Positions 45,215 through 59,263 of a stretch of DNA of 64,000 nucleotides are shown here, in pieces (position 1 is the first letter of the stretch; the number at the start of each line of letters is the position of its first letter). The notes below the pieces were generated by a model that did no database searches, was not told the DNA's origin, and was given only the letters and a program-made list of their open reading frames with translations. This stretch comes from Eledone cirrhosa (Eukaryota): positions 6,696,001 through 6,760,000 of the forward strand of contig OZ024759.1 in NCBI GenBank assembly GCA_964016885.1. The letters run 5' to 3'. A program made the translations under genes and the position numbers.

Positions 45215-46978
45215 CTCTCTCTCACCAACAACTGATTCTTTTTTTCAAATACCACTTTTGAAGAAGAATCAGGATGGAGGGAGAGGTGCTGTACCCCAGG
45301 ATGGAGGGAGAGGTGCTGTACCCCAGGATGGAGGGAGAGGTGCTGTACCCCAGGATGGAGGGAGAGGTGCTGTACCCCAGGATGGAGGGAGAGGTGCTGT
45401 ACCCCAGGATGGAGGAAGAGGTGCTGTACCCCAGGATGGAGAGAGGGGTGCTGTACCCCAGGATGGAGAGAGAGGTGCTGTACCCCAGGATGGAGAGAGA
45501 GGTGCTGTACCCCAGGATGTAGGGAGAGGTGCTGTACCCCAGGATGGAGGGAGAGGTGCTGTACCCCAGGATGGAGAGAGAGGTGCTGTACCCCAGGATG
45601 GAGAGAGGGGTGCTGTACCCCAGGATGGAGAGAGAGGTGCTGTACCCCAGGATGGAGAGAGAGGTGCTGTACCCCAGGATAGAGAGAGGGGTGCTGTACC
45701 CCAGGATGGAGAGAGGGGTGCTGTACCCCAGGATGGAGAGAGAGGTGCTGTACCCAGGGATGGAGAGAGGGGTGCTGTACCCCAGGATAGAGAGAGGGGT
45801 GCTGTACCCCAGGATGGAGAGAGGGGTGCTGTACCCCAGGATGGAGAGAGAGGTGCTGTACCCCAGGATGGAGAGAGGGGTGCTGTACCCCAGGATGGAG
45901 AGAGAGGTGCTGTACCCCAGGATGGAGAGAGAGGTGCTGTACCCCAGGATGGAGAGAGAGGTGCTGTACCCCAGGATGGAGAGAGGGGTGCTGTACCCCA
46001 GGATGGAGAGAGGGGTGCTGTACCCCAGGATGGAGAGAGAGGTGCTGTACCCCAGGATGGAGAGAGAGGTGCTGTACCCCAGGATGGAGAGAGAGGTGCT
46101 GTACCCCAGGATGGAGAGAGAGGTGCTGTACCCCAGGATGGAGAGAGGGGTGCTGTACCCCAGGATGGAGAGAGGGGTGCTGTACCCCAGGATAGAGAGA
46201 GGGGTGCTGTACCCCAGGATGGAGAGAGAGGTGCTGTACCCCAGGATGGACAGAGAGGTGCTGTACCCCAGGATGGAGAGAGAGGTGCTGTACCCCAGGA
46301 TGGAGAGAGAGGTGCTGTACCCCAGGATGGAGAGAGAGGTGCTGTACCCCAGGATGGAGAGAGAGGTGCTGTACCCCAGCAAGTTTTATGAAAGGTGGGT
46401 GAAAGTGGCGATAATGGCCCGAGTGAATGGGCCTTCTCTCTATATCAGCCTGTTGGTTGAGGAAAAGGAGGAGGAGAGGAAAGGAGTACAAACTCTTCGT
46501 ACTCCTGGAGATGAGGGTTGCACATATTTTTTCGGGGATATGTGTTACCCATATAAACTGTCTCCCCCTATTGGGGAAAATCGACTAATTTTTAAATTGC
46601 ATTTGTGATAATATTCTACACGTTTTAATTGTATGTAAACTTCCCCCTTTGTATTTGTCCCCTTCTTTTGTGCCCCTGTGGCTAATAAAGAAACATATCT
46701 CTCTGAATGTGGCAAAGATGGCCCGAGTGGTTGGGCCTTCTCTCTATATAAGCCTGTAGGTTGAGGAAAAAGAGGAAGAGAGGAAGGAAGTACTCACTCT
46801 TGGTGCTCCTGGAGATGAGGGTTGTACATTTTTTCGGAGTGTGTACCCCCCCCCTATTGGGGATTTAAATTGTTATTTGTTGTTTTATTAATAGTTTTAT
46901 TTTCATATACCTGTATGCAAACTCCCCATTTGTATTTGTCCCCTTCTTTTGTGCCCTTGTGGCTAATAAAGAAATTTA
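45215..46978 (+). mobile_element. Probable Tx1/L1-like LINE 3' end with a duplicated tail
   Basis: LILFFKYH..IRMEREVLYPSKFYERW followed by a 3' UTR with AATAAA. 46399-46695 is repeated at 46705-46974. Confidence 0.45.
45270..46379. repeat. 27-bp minisatellite, about 41 copies
   Basis: Unit CAGGATGGAGAGAGAGGTGCTGTACCC. Confidence 0.95.
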
Positions 46979-47043
46979 TCTATCTATCTATCTATTTCTA
47001 ATTCTCCCCCTCTTTCCCCATTGATCATTCACTCTCTCATGTT

Positions 47044-47265
<222 letters not shown>

Positions 47266-47297
47266 CATATATATATGTATATATGTATATATATATG

Positions 47298-47389
<92 letters not shown>

Positions 47390-47577
47390 TCTATATGTAT
47401 ATATATATGTATATATATATACATATATATATATATATGTGTATATATATATATGTGTATATATATATATGTGTATATATATATATACATATATACTCGT
47501 TGAGCAAACCTGCACGTACGCTGTTCATCTCTAACGTAACGATATATTATCACTACATTATTGATAACCTGAAATTT

Positions 47578-47670
<93 letters not shown>

Positions 47671-47807
47671 CCGTACACTTGCACGTGGTGTCATCAGGTG
47701 ATATCCTATAGCGTTCCTGTAATTCCCTGAAGTATCAATCTTCCAATTATTTAAGTAGAATAGCATCTATAAATGGCCAGTATCAATTTTCAACAACCCC
47801 AAATGTG

Positions 47808-48009
47808 TAGACATGGCTTAATGTCTAGAGGGGTATGAGCGTCGGGCATACGATCGGGAGGTCGTCAGTTCGATTCTCGGACTGGGCTTTACGTTGTGTC
47901 CTTGAGCAAGACATTTTATTTCACATTGCTCCAGTTTACTCAGCTGTAGAGTTGTGACGTCACTGGTACCAAGCTGTATCAGCCATTGCTTTTCCCTTGG
48001 ACAACATCA
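47808..48009 (+). mobile_element. tRNA-derived SINE, 5' part
   Basis: B box CAGTTCGATTC; TCCTTGAGCAAGAC..GCTCCAGTTTACTCAGCTGTAG is shared with 26301-26641. Confidence 0.75.
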
Positions 48010-49850
48010 TATATAGTGTATATATAATGTATATAGTGTATATACAGTGTATATAGTGTATATAGATAATGTATATAGTGTATATATAATGTATATAGTG
48101 TATATATAGTGTATATATAGTGTATATAGTGTATATACAGTGTATATAGTGTATATATAGTGTATATATATAATGTATATATAGTGTATATATAGTGTAT
48201 ATATATAATGTATATATAGTGTATATATAGTGTATATAGTGTATATATAGTGTATATATAATGTATATATATAATGTATATATAGTGTATAAAGATAATG
48301 TATATATAGTGTATATATAGTGTATATATAATGTATATAGTGTATATATAGTGTATATATAATGTATATAGTGTATATATAATGTATATATAGTGTATAT
48401 ATATAATGTATATATAGTGTATATATAGTGTATATATAATGTATATAGTGTATATATAGTGTATATATAATGTATATAGTGTATATATAGTGTATATATA
48501 ATGTATATATAATGTATATAGTGTATATATAATGTATATAGTGTATATATAGTGTATATATAGTGTATATATAATGTATATATAGTGTATATATAATGTA
48601 TATATAGTGTATATATAATGTATATATAGTGTATATATAGTGTATATATAGTGTATATATAGTGTATATATATAGTGTATATATAGTGTATATATAGTGT
48701 ATATATAGTGTATATATATAGTGTATATATTGTTTATATATAGTGTATATATAGTGTATATATATAGTGTATATATAGTGTATATATAGTGTATATATAG
48801 TGTATATATAGTGTATATATAGTGTATATATAGTGTATATATAGTGTATATATAGTGTATGTATAGTGTATATAGTGTATATATAGTGTATATATATAAT
48901 GTATATATAGTGTATGTATAGTGTATATATAGTGTATATATAGTGTTATATATAGTGTATATATAGTGTATATAGTGTAAATATAGTGTATATATAGTGT
49001 ATATATAGTGTATATAGTGTATATATAGTGTATATATAGTGTATATATAGTGTATATATAATATATATATAGTGTATATATAGTATATATATAGTGTATA
49101 TATAGTATATATATATAGTGTATATATAGTATATATATAGTGTATATATAGTGTATATATAGTGTATATATAGTGTATATATAGTGTATATATAGTGTAT
49201 ATATAGTATATATATAGTGTGTATATAGTATATATATAGTGTATATATAGTGTATATATAGTGTATATATAGTGTATATATAGTGTATATATAGTGTATA
49301 TATATGTGTATATATCGTGTATATATAGTGTATATACAGTGTATATATAGTGTATATATAGTGTATATATAGTGTATATATAGTGTATATATAGTGTATA
49401 TACAGTGTATATATAGTGTATATATAGTGTATATATAGTGTATATATAGTGTATATATAGTGTATATATAGTGTATATATAGTGTATATTGAGTGTGTAT
49501 ATAGTGTATATATAGTGTATATATAGTGTATATTGAGTGTATATATATAAGGTATATATAGTGTATATATAGTGTATATATAATGTATATAGTGTATATA
49601 TAGTGTATATATAATGTATATAGTGTATATATAGTGTATATATAGTGTATATATAATGTATATATAGTGTATATATAGTGTATATATAGTGTATATATAG
49701 TGTATATATAGTGTATATATAATGTATATATAATGTATATATAATGTATATAGAGTGTATATATAGTGTATATATAGTGTATATATAGTGTATATATAGT
49801 GTATATATAATGTATATATAGTGTATATATAGTGTATATACACTATATAT
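48010..49850. repeat. (GTATATATAGT)-type 8-12 bp repeat tract
   Basis: Directly visible. Confidence 0.93.
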
Positions 49851-49896
49851 GAGATACGATGTCACTGGTGTCAAGCTGTATCAGCCATTGTCTTTC

Positions 49897-52545
49897 CCTT
49901 GGACATCATCAGTGGTGTGGAGAGGAGAGACTGGTATATATGGGAGACTACTGGTCTTACACAAACCTTGGTCATCATCAGTGGTGTGGAGAGGAGAGAC
50001 TGGTATATATGGGAGACTACTGGTCTTACACAAACCTTGGACATCATCAGTGGTGTGGAGAGGAGAGACTGGTATATATGGGGGACTACTGGTCTTACAT
50101 AAACCTTGGACATCATCAGTGGTGTGGAGAGGAGAGACTGGTATATATGGGAGACTACTGGTCTTACACAAACCTTGGTCATCATCAGTGGTGTGGAGAG
50201 GAGAGACTGGTATATATGGGAGACTACTGGTCTTACACAAACCTTGGACATCATCAGTGGTGTGGAGAGGAGAGACTGGTATATATGGGGGACTACTGGT
50301 CTTACATAAACCTTGGACATCATCAGTGGTGTGGAGAGGAGAGACTGGTATATATGGGAGACTACTGGTCTTACATAAACCTTGGACATCATTGGTGGTG
50401 TGGAGAGGAGAGACTGGTATATATGGGGGACTACTGGTCTTACATAAACCTTGGACATCATCAGTGGTGTGGAGAGGAGAGACTGGTATATATGGGAGAC
50501 TACTGGTCTTACACTAACCTTGGACATCATTGGTGGTGTGGAGAGGAGACTGGTATATATGGGAGACTACTGGTCTTACACAAACTTGGACATCATCAGT
50601 GGTGTGGAGAGGAGAGACTGGTATATATGGGAGACTACTGATCTTACACAAACCTTGCTCATCGTCAGTGGTGTGGAGAGGAGAGACTGGTATATATGGG
50701 AGACTACTGGTCTTACACAATCCTTGGACATCATCGGTGGTGTGGAGAGGAGACTGGTATATATGGGGGACTATTGGTCTTACATAAACCTTGGACATCA
50801 TCGGTGGTGTGGAGAGGAGACTGGTATATATGGGAGACTACTGGTCTTTCACAAACCTTGGACATCATCGGTGGTGTGGAGAGGAGACTGGTATATATGG
50901 GAGACTACTGGTCTTACACAAACCTTGGACATCATTGGTGGTGTGGAGAGGAGAGACTGGTATATATGGGAGACTACTGGTCTTACACAAACCTTGGACA
51001 TCATCGGTGGTGTGGAGAGGAGAGACTGGTATATATGGGAGACTACTGGTCTTACACAAACCTTGGACATCATCGGTGGTATGGAGAGGAGAGACTGGTA
51101 TATAAGGGAGACTACAGGTCTTACACAAACCTTGGACATCATCGGTGGTGTGGAGAGGAGACTGGTATATATGGGGGACTATTGGTCTTACATAAACCTT
51201 GGACATCATCGGTGGTGTGGAGAGGAGACTGGTATATATGGGAGACTACTGGTCTTTCACAATCCTTGGACATCATCGGTGGTGTGGAGAGGAGACTGGT
51301 ATATATGGGGGACTATTGGTCTTACATAAACCTTGGACATCATCGGTGGTGTGGAGAGGAGACTGGTATATATGGGAGACTACTGGTCTTTCACAAACCT
51401 TGGACATCATCGGTGGTGTGGAGAGGAGACTGGTATATATAAGAGACTACAGGTCTTACATAAACCTTGGACATCATCAGTGGTGTGGAGAGGAGAGACT
51501 GGTATATATGGGAGACTACTGGTCTTACACAAACCTTGGACATCATCGGTGGTGTGGAGAGGAGAGACTGGTATATCTGGGAGACCACTGGTCTTACAAA
51601 ACCTTGGACATCATCAGTGGTGTGGAGAGGAGAGACTGGTATATATGGGAGACTACTGGTCTTACACAAACCTTGGACATCATCGGTGGTGTGGAGAGGA
51701 GAGACTGGTATATATGGGGGACTACTGGTCTTACACAAACCTTGGACATCATCGGTGGTGTGGAGAGGAGAGACTGGTATATATGGGAGACTACTGGTCT
51801 TACAAAACCTTGGACATCATCAGTGGTGTGGAGAGGAGAGACTGCTATATATGGGAGACCACTGGCCTTACATAAAGCTTGGATATCATCGGTGGTGTGG
51901 AGAGGAGAGACTGGTATATCTGGGAGACTACTGGTCTTACAAAACCTTGGACATCATCAGTGGTGTGGAGAGGAGAGACTGCTATATATGGGAGACCACT
52001 GGCCTTACATAAAGCTTGGATATCATCGGTGGTGTAGAGAGGAGAGACTGCTATATATGGGAGACCACTGGCCTTACACAAACCTTGGGCATCATCAGTG
52101 GTGTGGAGAGGAGACTGGTATATATGGGGGACTACTGGTCTTACACAAACCTTGGACATCATCGGTGGTGTGGAGAGGAGACTGGTATATATGGGAGACC
52201 ACTGGCCTTACATAAAGCTTGGACATCATTGGTGGTGTGGAGAGGAGAGACTGGTATATATGGGAGACTACAGGTCTTTCACAAACCTTGGATATCATCG
52301 GTGGTGTGGAGAGGAGACTGGTATATATGGGGGACTACTGGTCTTACACAAACCTTGGACATCATCGGTGGTGTGGAGAGGAGACTGGTATATATGGGGG
52401 ACTACTGGTCTTACACAAACCTTGGACATCATCGGTGGTGTGGAGAGGAGAGACTGGTATATATGGGAGACTACTGGTCTTGCACAAACCTTGAACATCA
52501 TCGGTGGTGTGGAGAGGAGACTGGTATATATGGTAGACTACTGGC
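49897..52545. repeat. 67-69 bp minisatellite, about 39 copies
   Basis: Unit CCTTGGACATCATCAGTGGTGTGGAGAGGAGAGACTGGTATATATGGGAGACTACTGGTCTTACACAAA. Confidence 0.95.
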
Positions 52546-52564
52546 TCAATCTATAACTACTTTT

Positions 52565-52733
52565 CATATGTTGATTTAAAACTGCACTATCCACAAGTGT
52601 TTTTTTAACCTTCATATCATGTCTTCCTGTTTCATCTGATGAAAACACAAATATTATTGCATGATTATATTTGTTTTTGAAATGCGCATAATAAAATACA
52701 TGGAACTCTTTTAACCATCTTTTGTTCTTATAT
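52565..52733 (+). mobile_element. HHR-bearing pLTR fragment (GAAATGCGCATA family)
   Basis: CTGATGA AAAC..GTTTTT GAAA TGCGCA TA at about 52636-52696. Confidence 0.7.
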
Positions 52734-52734
52734 A

Positions 52735-52822
<88 letters not shown>

Positions 52823-53762
52823 TTTTAATATAGATGAGATTCTACAGGACTAGAACTGTTTCATTCTTTAGAAATCATCAGGAATCTGGGTATCAAAAAA
52901 TAAAAATGGTATTTATAAGGAAGCATGCCCACTTGAAAACAAATGCCTCACAAATGATATCGTATACAAATGCGATGTCATCTCAGGCACCGAGGATTGC
53001 AAAAAAACTTACATCGGCATGACCTCCAACAACTTTAAGGCCCGTTGGTATGCCCATACACACTCCTTCAGAAGACCGGATAAATCAAATCAGACAACAC
53101 TCGCCTCCTACGTTTGGGACCTCAAAAGGAACTCCACCCCCTTCACGCTTAAATGGAAAATACTCCAGAAAGCGCGCTCTTACAACGGAGGACACAAGGG
53201 CTGCGACCTTTGTATTTCAGAGAGCTACGAAATTTTATTCGCCAAGGGCCCGCTACTGAACAAACTCTCTGAACACTGCCCGAACTGCATGCACAAGAAC
53301 TTTGCAACTTTAAAACACGTTAAGCCAGTGTTAAAGCCCGATGGCTAAAAACGATCTCCCCCTATTGGCCCTATACCTCCTCCCCACCCTACCCCCACCC
53401 CTCCTCAACCTGAAATACGGCCACTATGGTTATGTGAGTACCTCTTTCGTATCTACATTTTCTGCCTGTAGAGGTGTTTTTATGTGCCTGCGTATATGCG
53501 TATATTTATTGAGTACTTATTTATTTGTATGTGTATATATTTGTTTGTATGTGTGTATATGTATGTGTATGTGTATATATATATATATATGTTTGTGTGT
53601 ATATGTGTTTTATGTGTGTATATTTATGTATGTATATATATGTATATATGTATATATATATGCATATATATATATATATGTATATGTATATATGTGTATA
53701 TATGTGTATGTATGTGTATGTGTATGTATGTATGTATGTATGTATGTATGTGTATGTGTATG

Positions 53763-53847
<85 letters not shown>

Positions 53848-53848
53848 A

Positions 53849-53902
<54 letters not shown>

Positions 53903-53915
53903 GCAGGTGTGTATA

Positions 53916-54040
<125 letters not shown>

Positions 54041-54043
54041 ATG

Positions 54044-54076
<33 letters not shown>

Positions 54077-54245
54077 GTGCGTGAGAGAGAGTGTGTATAT
54101 ATATTTGTGTGTGTGTGTGTGTCTGTGTGTATGCGTGTATATATATATATATGTATATATGTGTGTATATATGCTTTATATGTCTGTATATATGTGTATA
54201 TTTACGTATAGGTCTGTGTATGTATGTGTATATTTGTATATATAT

Positions 54246-54336
<91 letters not shown>

Positions 54337-54488
54337 CATATGCATGTGTATGTGTGTGTATATATATGTGTATATATGTGTGTGTGTGGATATATGTGTG
54401 TGTATATGTATGTGTGTGTGTGTATATTTTTATATATTTATATATATATATATTTATGTATATATATATATATATATGTATATATATG

Positions 54489-54521
<33 letters not shown>

Positions 54522-54588
54522 ATATGTGTGTATGTATTTGTGTATATATGTATGTATGTGTATGTGTGTGTGTATATGTGTATGTATA

Positions 54589-54671
<83 letters not shown>

Positions 54672-54675
54672 GTAT

Positions 54676-54707
<32 letters not shown>

Positions 54708-54781
54708 TTATTTATATATATATGTGTATGTATGTATATGTGTGTATGTATATATATATGAATATATGTATGAATGGTGTA

Positions 54782-54837
<56 letters not shown>

Positions 54838-54865
54838 GTGCTTTTTCCTTATATATGTGTATATA

Positions 54866-54910
<45 letters not shown>

Positions 54911-54945
54911 ATGTATGTGTGTGTATGTATTTGTATATATTTGTT

Positions 54946-55000
<55 letters not shown>

Positions 55001-55072
55001 TTGTGTGTATGTGTCTGCATATGTATATATGTGTGTGTATGTGTTTTATATATATATATATATATGTATGTA

Positions 55073-55143
<71 letters not shown>

Positions 55144-55308
55144 GTATATATATGTATATATATCTATGTGTATTTGTGTGTATATGTATACACATGTATA
55201 TTTGTGTTTGTATGTATGTGTGTGAGTGTATTTATATGTGTATATATATGTGTGTGTGCGTGTGTGTGTGTGTGTGTATATATATGTATGTGTGTGTGTA
55301 TGTATATA

Positions 55309-55359
<51 letters not shown>

Positions 55360-55363
<4 letters not shown>

Positions 55364-55829
55364 AGAAGGTTATAGTTCACTTGAAGCATTGTGTAATGAG
55401 GTATAAACGTTTGAATATGTGTAATAAGGCCAAGACAATGCAGGTATGGACATAGAAAAAAGAATGCAATAGTGAAAGATATTGATGTGAATTCGTCTTT
55501 CACCTTGAATTTATTTAAATGTCCTTAATTTTCGAGATAATATCTCTTCTTCGGAGGGAAGTAAAGGTTTCAAACCAGCGTCTTTAAATCTCTAGTCAAG
55601 CCATGCCGTCCGGAAATACTATTTCCGGTCAGCATGACTTGATTAGAGATTTAAAGACGCTGGTTTGAGACCTTTACTTCCCTCCGAAGAAGAGATATTA
55701 TCTCGAAAATTAAGGACATTTAAATAAATTCAAGGTGAAAGACGAATTCACATCAATATCTTTCACTATTGCATTCTTTTTTCTATGTCCATACCTGCAT
55801 TGTCTTGGCTTTATTACACATATTCAAAC

Positions 55830-55835
<6 letters not shown>
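55360..55835. mobile_element. Nested fold-back pLTR remnant
   Basis: Palindrome centred at 55619 (CCGGAAATA c TATTTCCGG). Variant HHR CCGAAGA..GAGAT/ATCTC..GAAA. Terminus resembles 16545-16590. Confidence 0.72.
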
Positions 55836-55885
<50 letters not shown>

Positions 55886-56475
55886 ATGTATATGTATGTA
55901 TATAAATATATTTATATTTATATATATGTGTGTGTGTTTTTATGTGTGTATATGTGTATGTGTATGTGTGTTTACGGTTGCGCGTGAGTGTGTGAGTGAG
56001 TATGTTTTTTTGTGAATGTGTCTGTTGATTTTTGGCATATAGTTGATTAGTTTAAGAGAAGTTCGAAGATAATTGTAAGATATGCACTCAGTATTTTGAA
56101 TCTGTCTACAGAATTCTCTAAACCTTTGTCACTTAGTAGAACCTTAATGATTTTAGCTTTGAAAGAATCTCCCTTTTCTTTTATTCTATCGACCATGACT
56201 GACCCCCCCCCCCCCCCACTGATCTTATAGACATCTGTTAGCTTAAGAGAAACTTAATGACAAGGAATGGTATGCCATCCGGAACCTGTTTATAGAATTC
56301 TGTCTGCCCTTGTTACTCTAAAAACATAAATAAATAAAAATAAACTATAGCTTTGTAGAATTAGCTTTTAATGAATTCCCTTTTCTATCAACCAATAACC
56401 TACACCCATCCCACTCCCCACCCTCTCCTACCACTTGTAGAGACCTATAAATACCATTTTTATTTTTTGATACCC

Positions 56476-56526
56476 AGATTCCTGATGATTTCTAAAGAAT
56501 GAAACAGTTCTAGTCCTGTAGAATCT
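56476..56526 (+). ncRNA. Type I hammerhead with a complete stem III
   Basis: AGATTC-CTGATGA-tTTC taaa GAAt-GAAA-CAG ttctagtc CTG-TA-GAATCT. Confidence 0.8.
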
Positions 56527-56633
56527 CATCTATATTAAAACTTTTATACTCTGCTATGTATTGAGTACCTTACTTACTGTGGTTACCTCCGATTCAACCC
56601 GGAATAACGTATATATATATATATATATATATA

Positions 56634-56791
<158 letters not shown>

Positions 56792-56792
56792 T

Positions 56793-57245
56793 ACGATATT
56801 AAACAAATGGAAACTATATTTATAAAACCATATTTATTTCATTATACATATTTCGGGGATACCATATTAAAAATATGGCATGCCTTCGTCAGATAAAATA
56901 CAATATATAAACAGTTTTATAAATAATTTTGACGTACCATAAATATGAGCGACCATTATGGAGGAAACTACCAAACCAGCTTCCTACATAATGGTCGCTC
57001 ATATTTATGGTACGTCAAAATTATTTATAAAACTGTTTATATATTGTATTTTATCTGACGAAGGCATGCCATATTTTTAATATGGTATCCCCGAAATATG
57101 TATAATGAAATAAATATGGTTTTATAAATATAGTTTCCATTTGTTTAATATCGTATATCTACTCCAAAAACTTGTCGAGTGCTTTATATCAGTTATAAAA
57201 TATTTACTTGTTGTAACCCAACAATTTTAAATGAAACTTTTGCAT
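56793..57245. mobile_element. Fold-back HHR-bearing pLTR remnant
   Basis: Arms 56793-56960 and 56988-57155; CTGACGA..GAAA TATG TA at 57055. Confidence 0.75.
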
Positions 57246-57248
57246 ATA

Positions 57249-57302
<54 letters not shown>

Positions 57303-57367
57303 TATATATATATATAATTATATATATATATATATATAATTATATATATATATATATATATAATTAT

Positions 57368-57645
57368 ATGTAGGAGGTGAGTTTTATTGTAGTACAATAA
57401 AGCAATGCAGATATCGGATAAGAAGCACTCTACAGTTTGTAGGAGTGGAGTATATATAATATATAATATATAATATATATGTTGATTTAAAACTGCACTA
57501 TCCACAAGTGTTTTTTAGCCTTCATATCATGTTCTCCTGCTTTATCTGATGAAAACACAAATATTATTGCATGATGATGTTTGTTTTTGAAATGCGCATA
57601 ATAAAATACATGGAACTCCTTTAACCATCTTTTGATCTTATATTA
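57368..57645. mobile_element. Two-armed remnant of the GAAATGCGCATA family
   Basis: Left part is the reverse complement of 27815-27895; right part matches 27648-27807. Confidence 0.7.
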
Positions 57646-58322
57646 TAATTATATATATATATATCAAGGGCGGTGCCCCAGCATGGCCTCAGCCGGATGG
57701 CTGAAACAGGTGAAAGATTAATATAATTATATATATATGTATGTATATAATGGCGATGAATTAGTTTTGCGAGGTTTTTTATATGAAATCGTGTGTCGAA
57801 ACAGATATTGTTATATTTGGGGAGGGTCATATTTGCGTAATATTGCCAGAATTAATAACAGAACACACTCACTGTTTGGTTGGTTTTCGCTTCTCGCTGT
57901 CTTTTATATATATATATCTGCGATCTAACTTACTCGGTCCTCAATGTTGCCATTGACTGACCGGCGGTCAAAAATAATACAGATACAATATAGACAAACA
58001 CATATATATATAGTTTACATAAATCTTTCGTTGCACATCTGCAACATCGTCAGTGGTGTTATATTCATTGTTCCTCCTGTTGTGTTGTATGTCTACGCCA
58101 TTTTTTTTGTTCAGTCTGTCTATATATTTATTTATTTATTTATTTGCTTGTTTGTTTATCTTATTTTATTCTTTGCGCATGCGTTTGCGTGTGTGTATAG
58201 TGTTATGTGTGATGTGTGACTAGTGTGTATAGTGTTGTGTCTGCTGGGTGACTAGTGTGTGTTTATGTGCTTGTGTATGTATTTATTTATCTTATTTTAT
58301 TTAATTTAATTTACTTATTTAT

Positions 58323-59263
58323 TTATACTTCTCTTAGGTCAGTGTTGTTTGTTTGGGTGTTGTTGTTGTTCCACTCATTCTTTCTGTTTAGCTTTGGTCT
58401 TCTAATTTCTATTTCACTGGCCTCTCTGATTTGCCTATCTGCTGGGTCATTCCTATGTTTAGATATTATTCTAATTTCTATGTTGTCTATGTTACCGTCA
58501 TGATGTTGTCTAGCATGTTCGTATAGTACTGACCCGTTTTTTCGTCCTTTTAGTTCCCCCCAGTGTTGGTCTATCCTTTCACCTATGCTACGAGCTGTCT
58601 CACCTATGTATGTTGTTGTCGTGTTTCTGCAAGTACCCTCTGTACATCTTATGCTATAGACTACGTTTCTAGTTTTACAGTTTATCCGGGGGTTCACCTT
58701 ACATATGATACATTTCCTATTGGTACAGTGGGTTTTCTTAAAAGGGTAGGTTTTGCTGATCAGGGATTTTATGGTGGTTCCTGGCTTTTCTACCACCTTT
58801 ATTTTTAAGTGGGTCTTTCTCAGGGCCTTTCTACACTGGTTAGCTAATTTCCCTCCAGGGGTGGCGTCCACAAACATGACACTCTGATATCTCTGGTTGT
58901 CGTACCATGATGTGGCCTTCCCTATCTTATGTCTAGCCCTATCTAAGCTATTCCATGATTTGCTCCTGTATAGTGGGCAAATTCCTTTCATGTCCAGTTC
59001 TATGAGGGTCTTATACTTTTCCATGGCTCCTTCGTATACTCTGACTCTGTCTCTTTGGTTGTAGCCAGAGAACTGCATGCGGTTGATGAAGTGTTGGATG
59101 TGTCCTTCCATTTCTGTTGGGTCGCACATGCTGGACACATTCTTCATCACTCGTACCAAATCTGCGATCAGAATATTAAACTTAGCACTACTGGACATTG
59201 CTGAGTTTTTGAGTATCAGGTATTTGGAGGCCATGGGTTTAGCATAGTGTGAGTGGAGAATTT
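58323..59263 (-). pseudogene. Inverted duplicate of the PLE ORF C-terminus
   Basis: Translation is identical to the last 303 aa of 59249-62848. Confidence 0.9.

Noticed and set aside
59249-59263. GTG start of the 1199-aa ORF
   Set aside because: These 15 nt belong to the inverted arm; the in-frame fusion is a junction coincidence.
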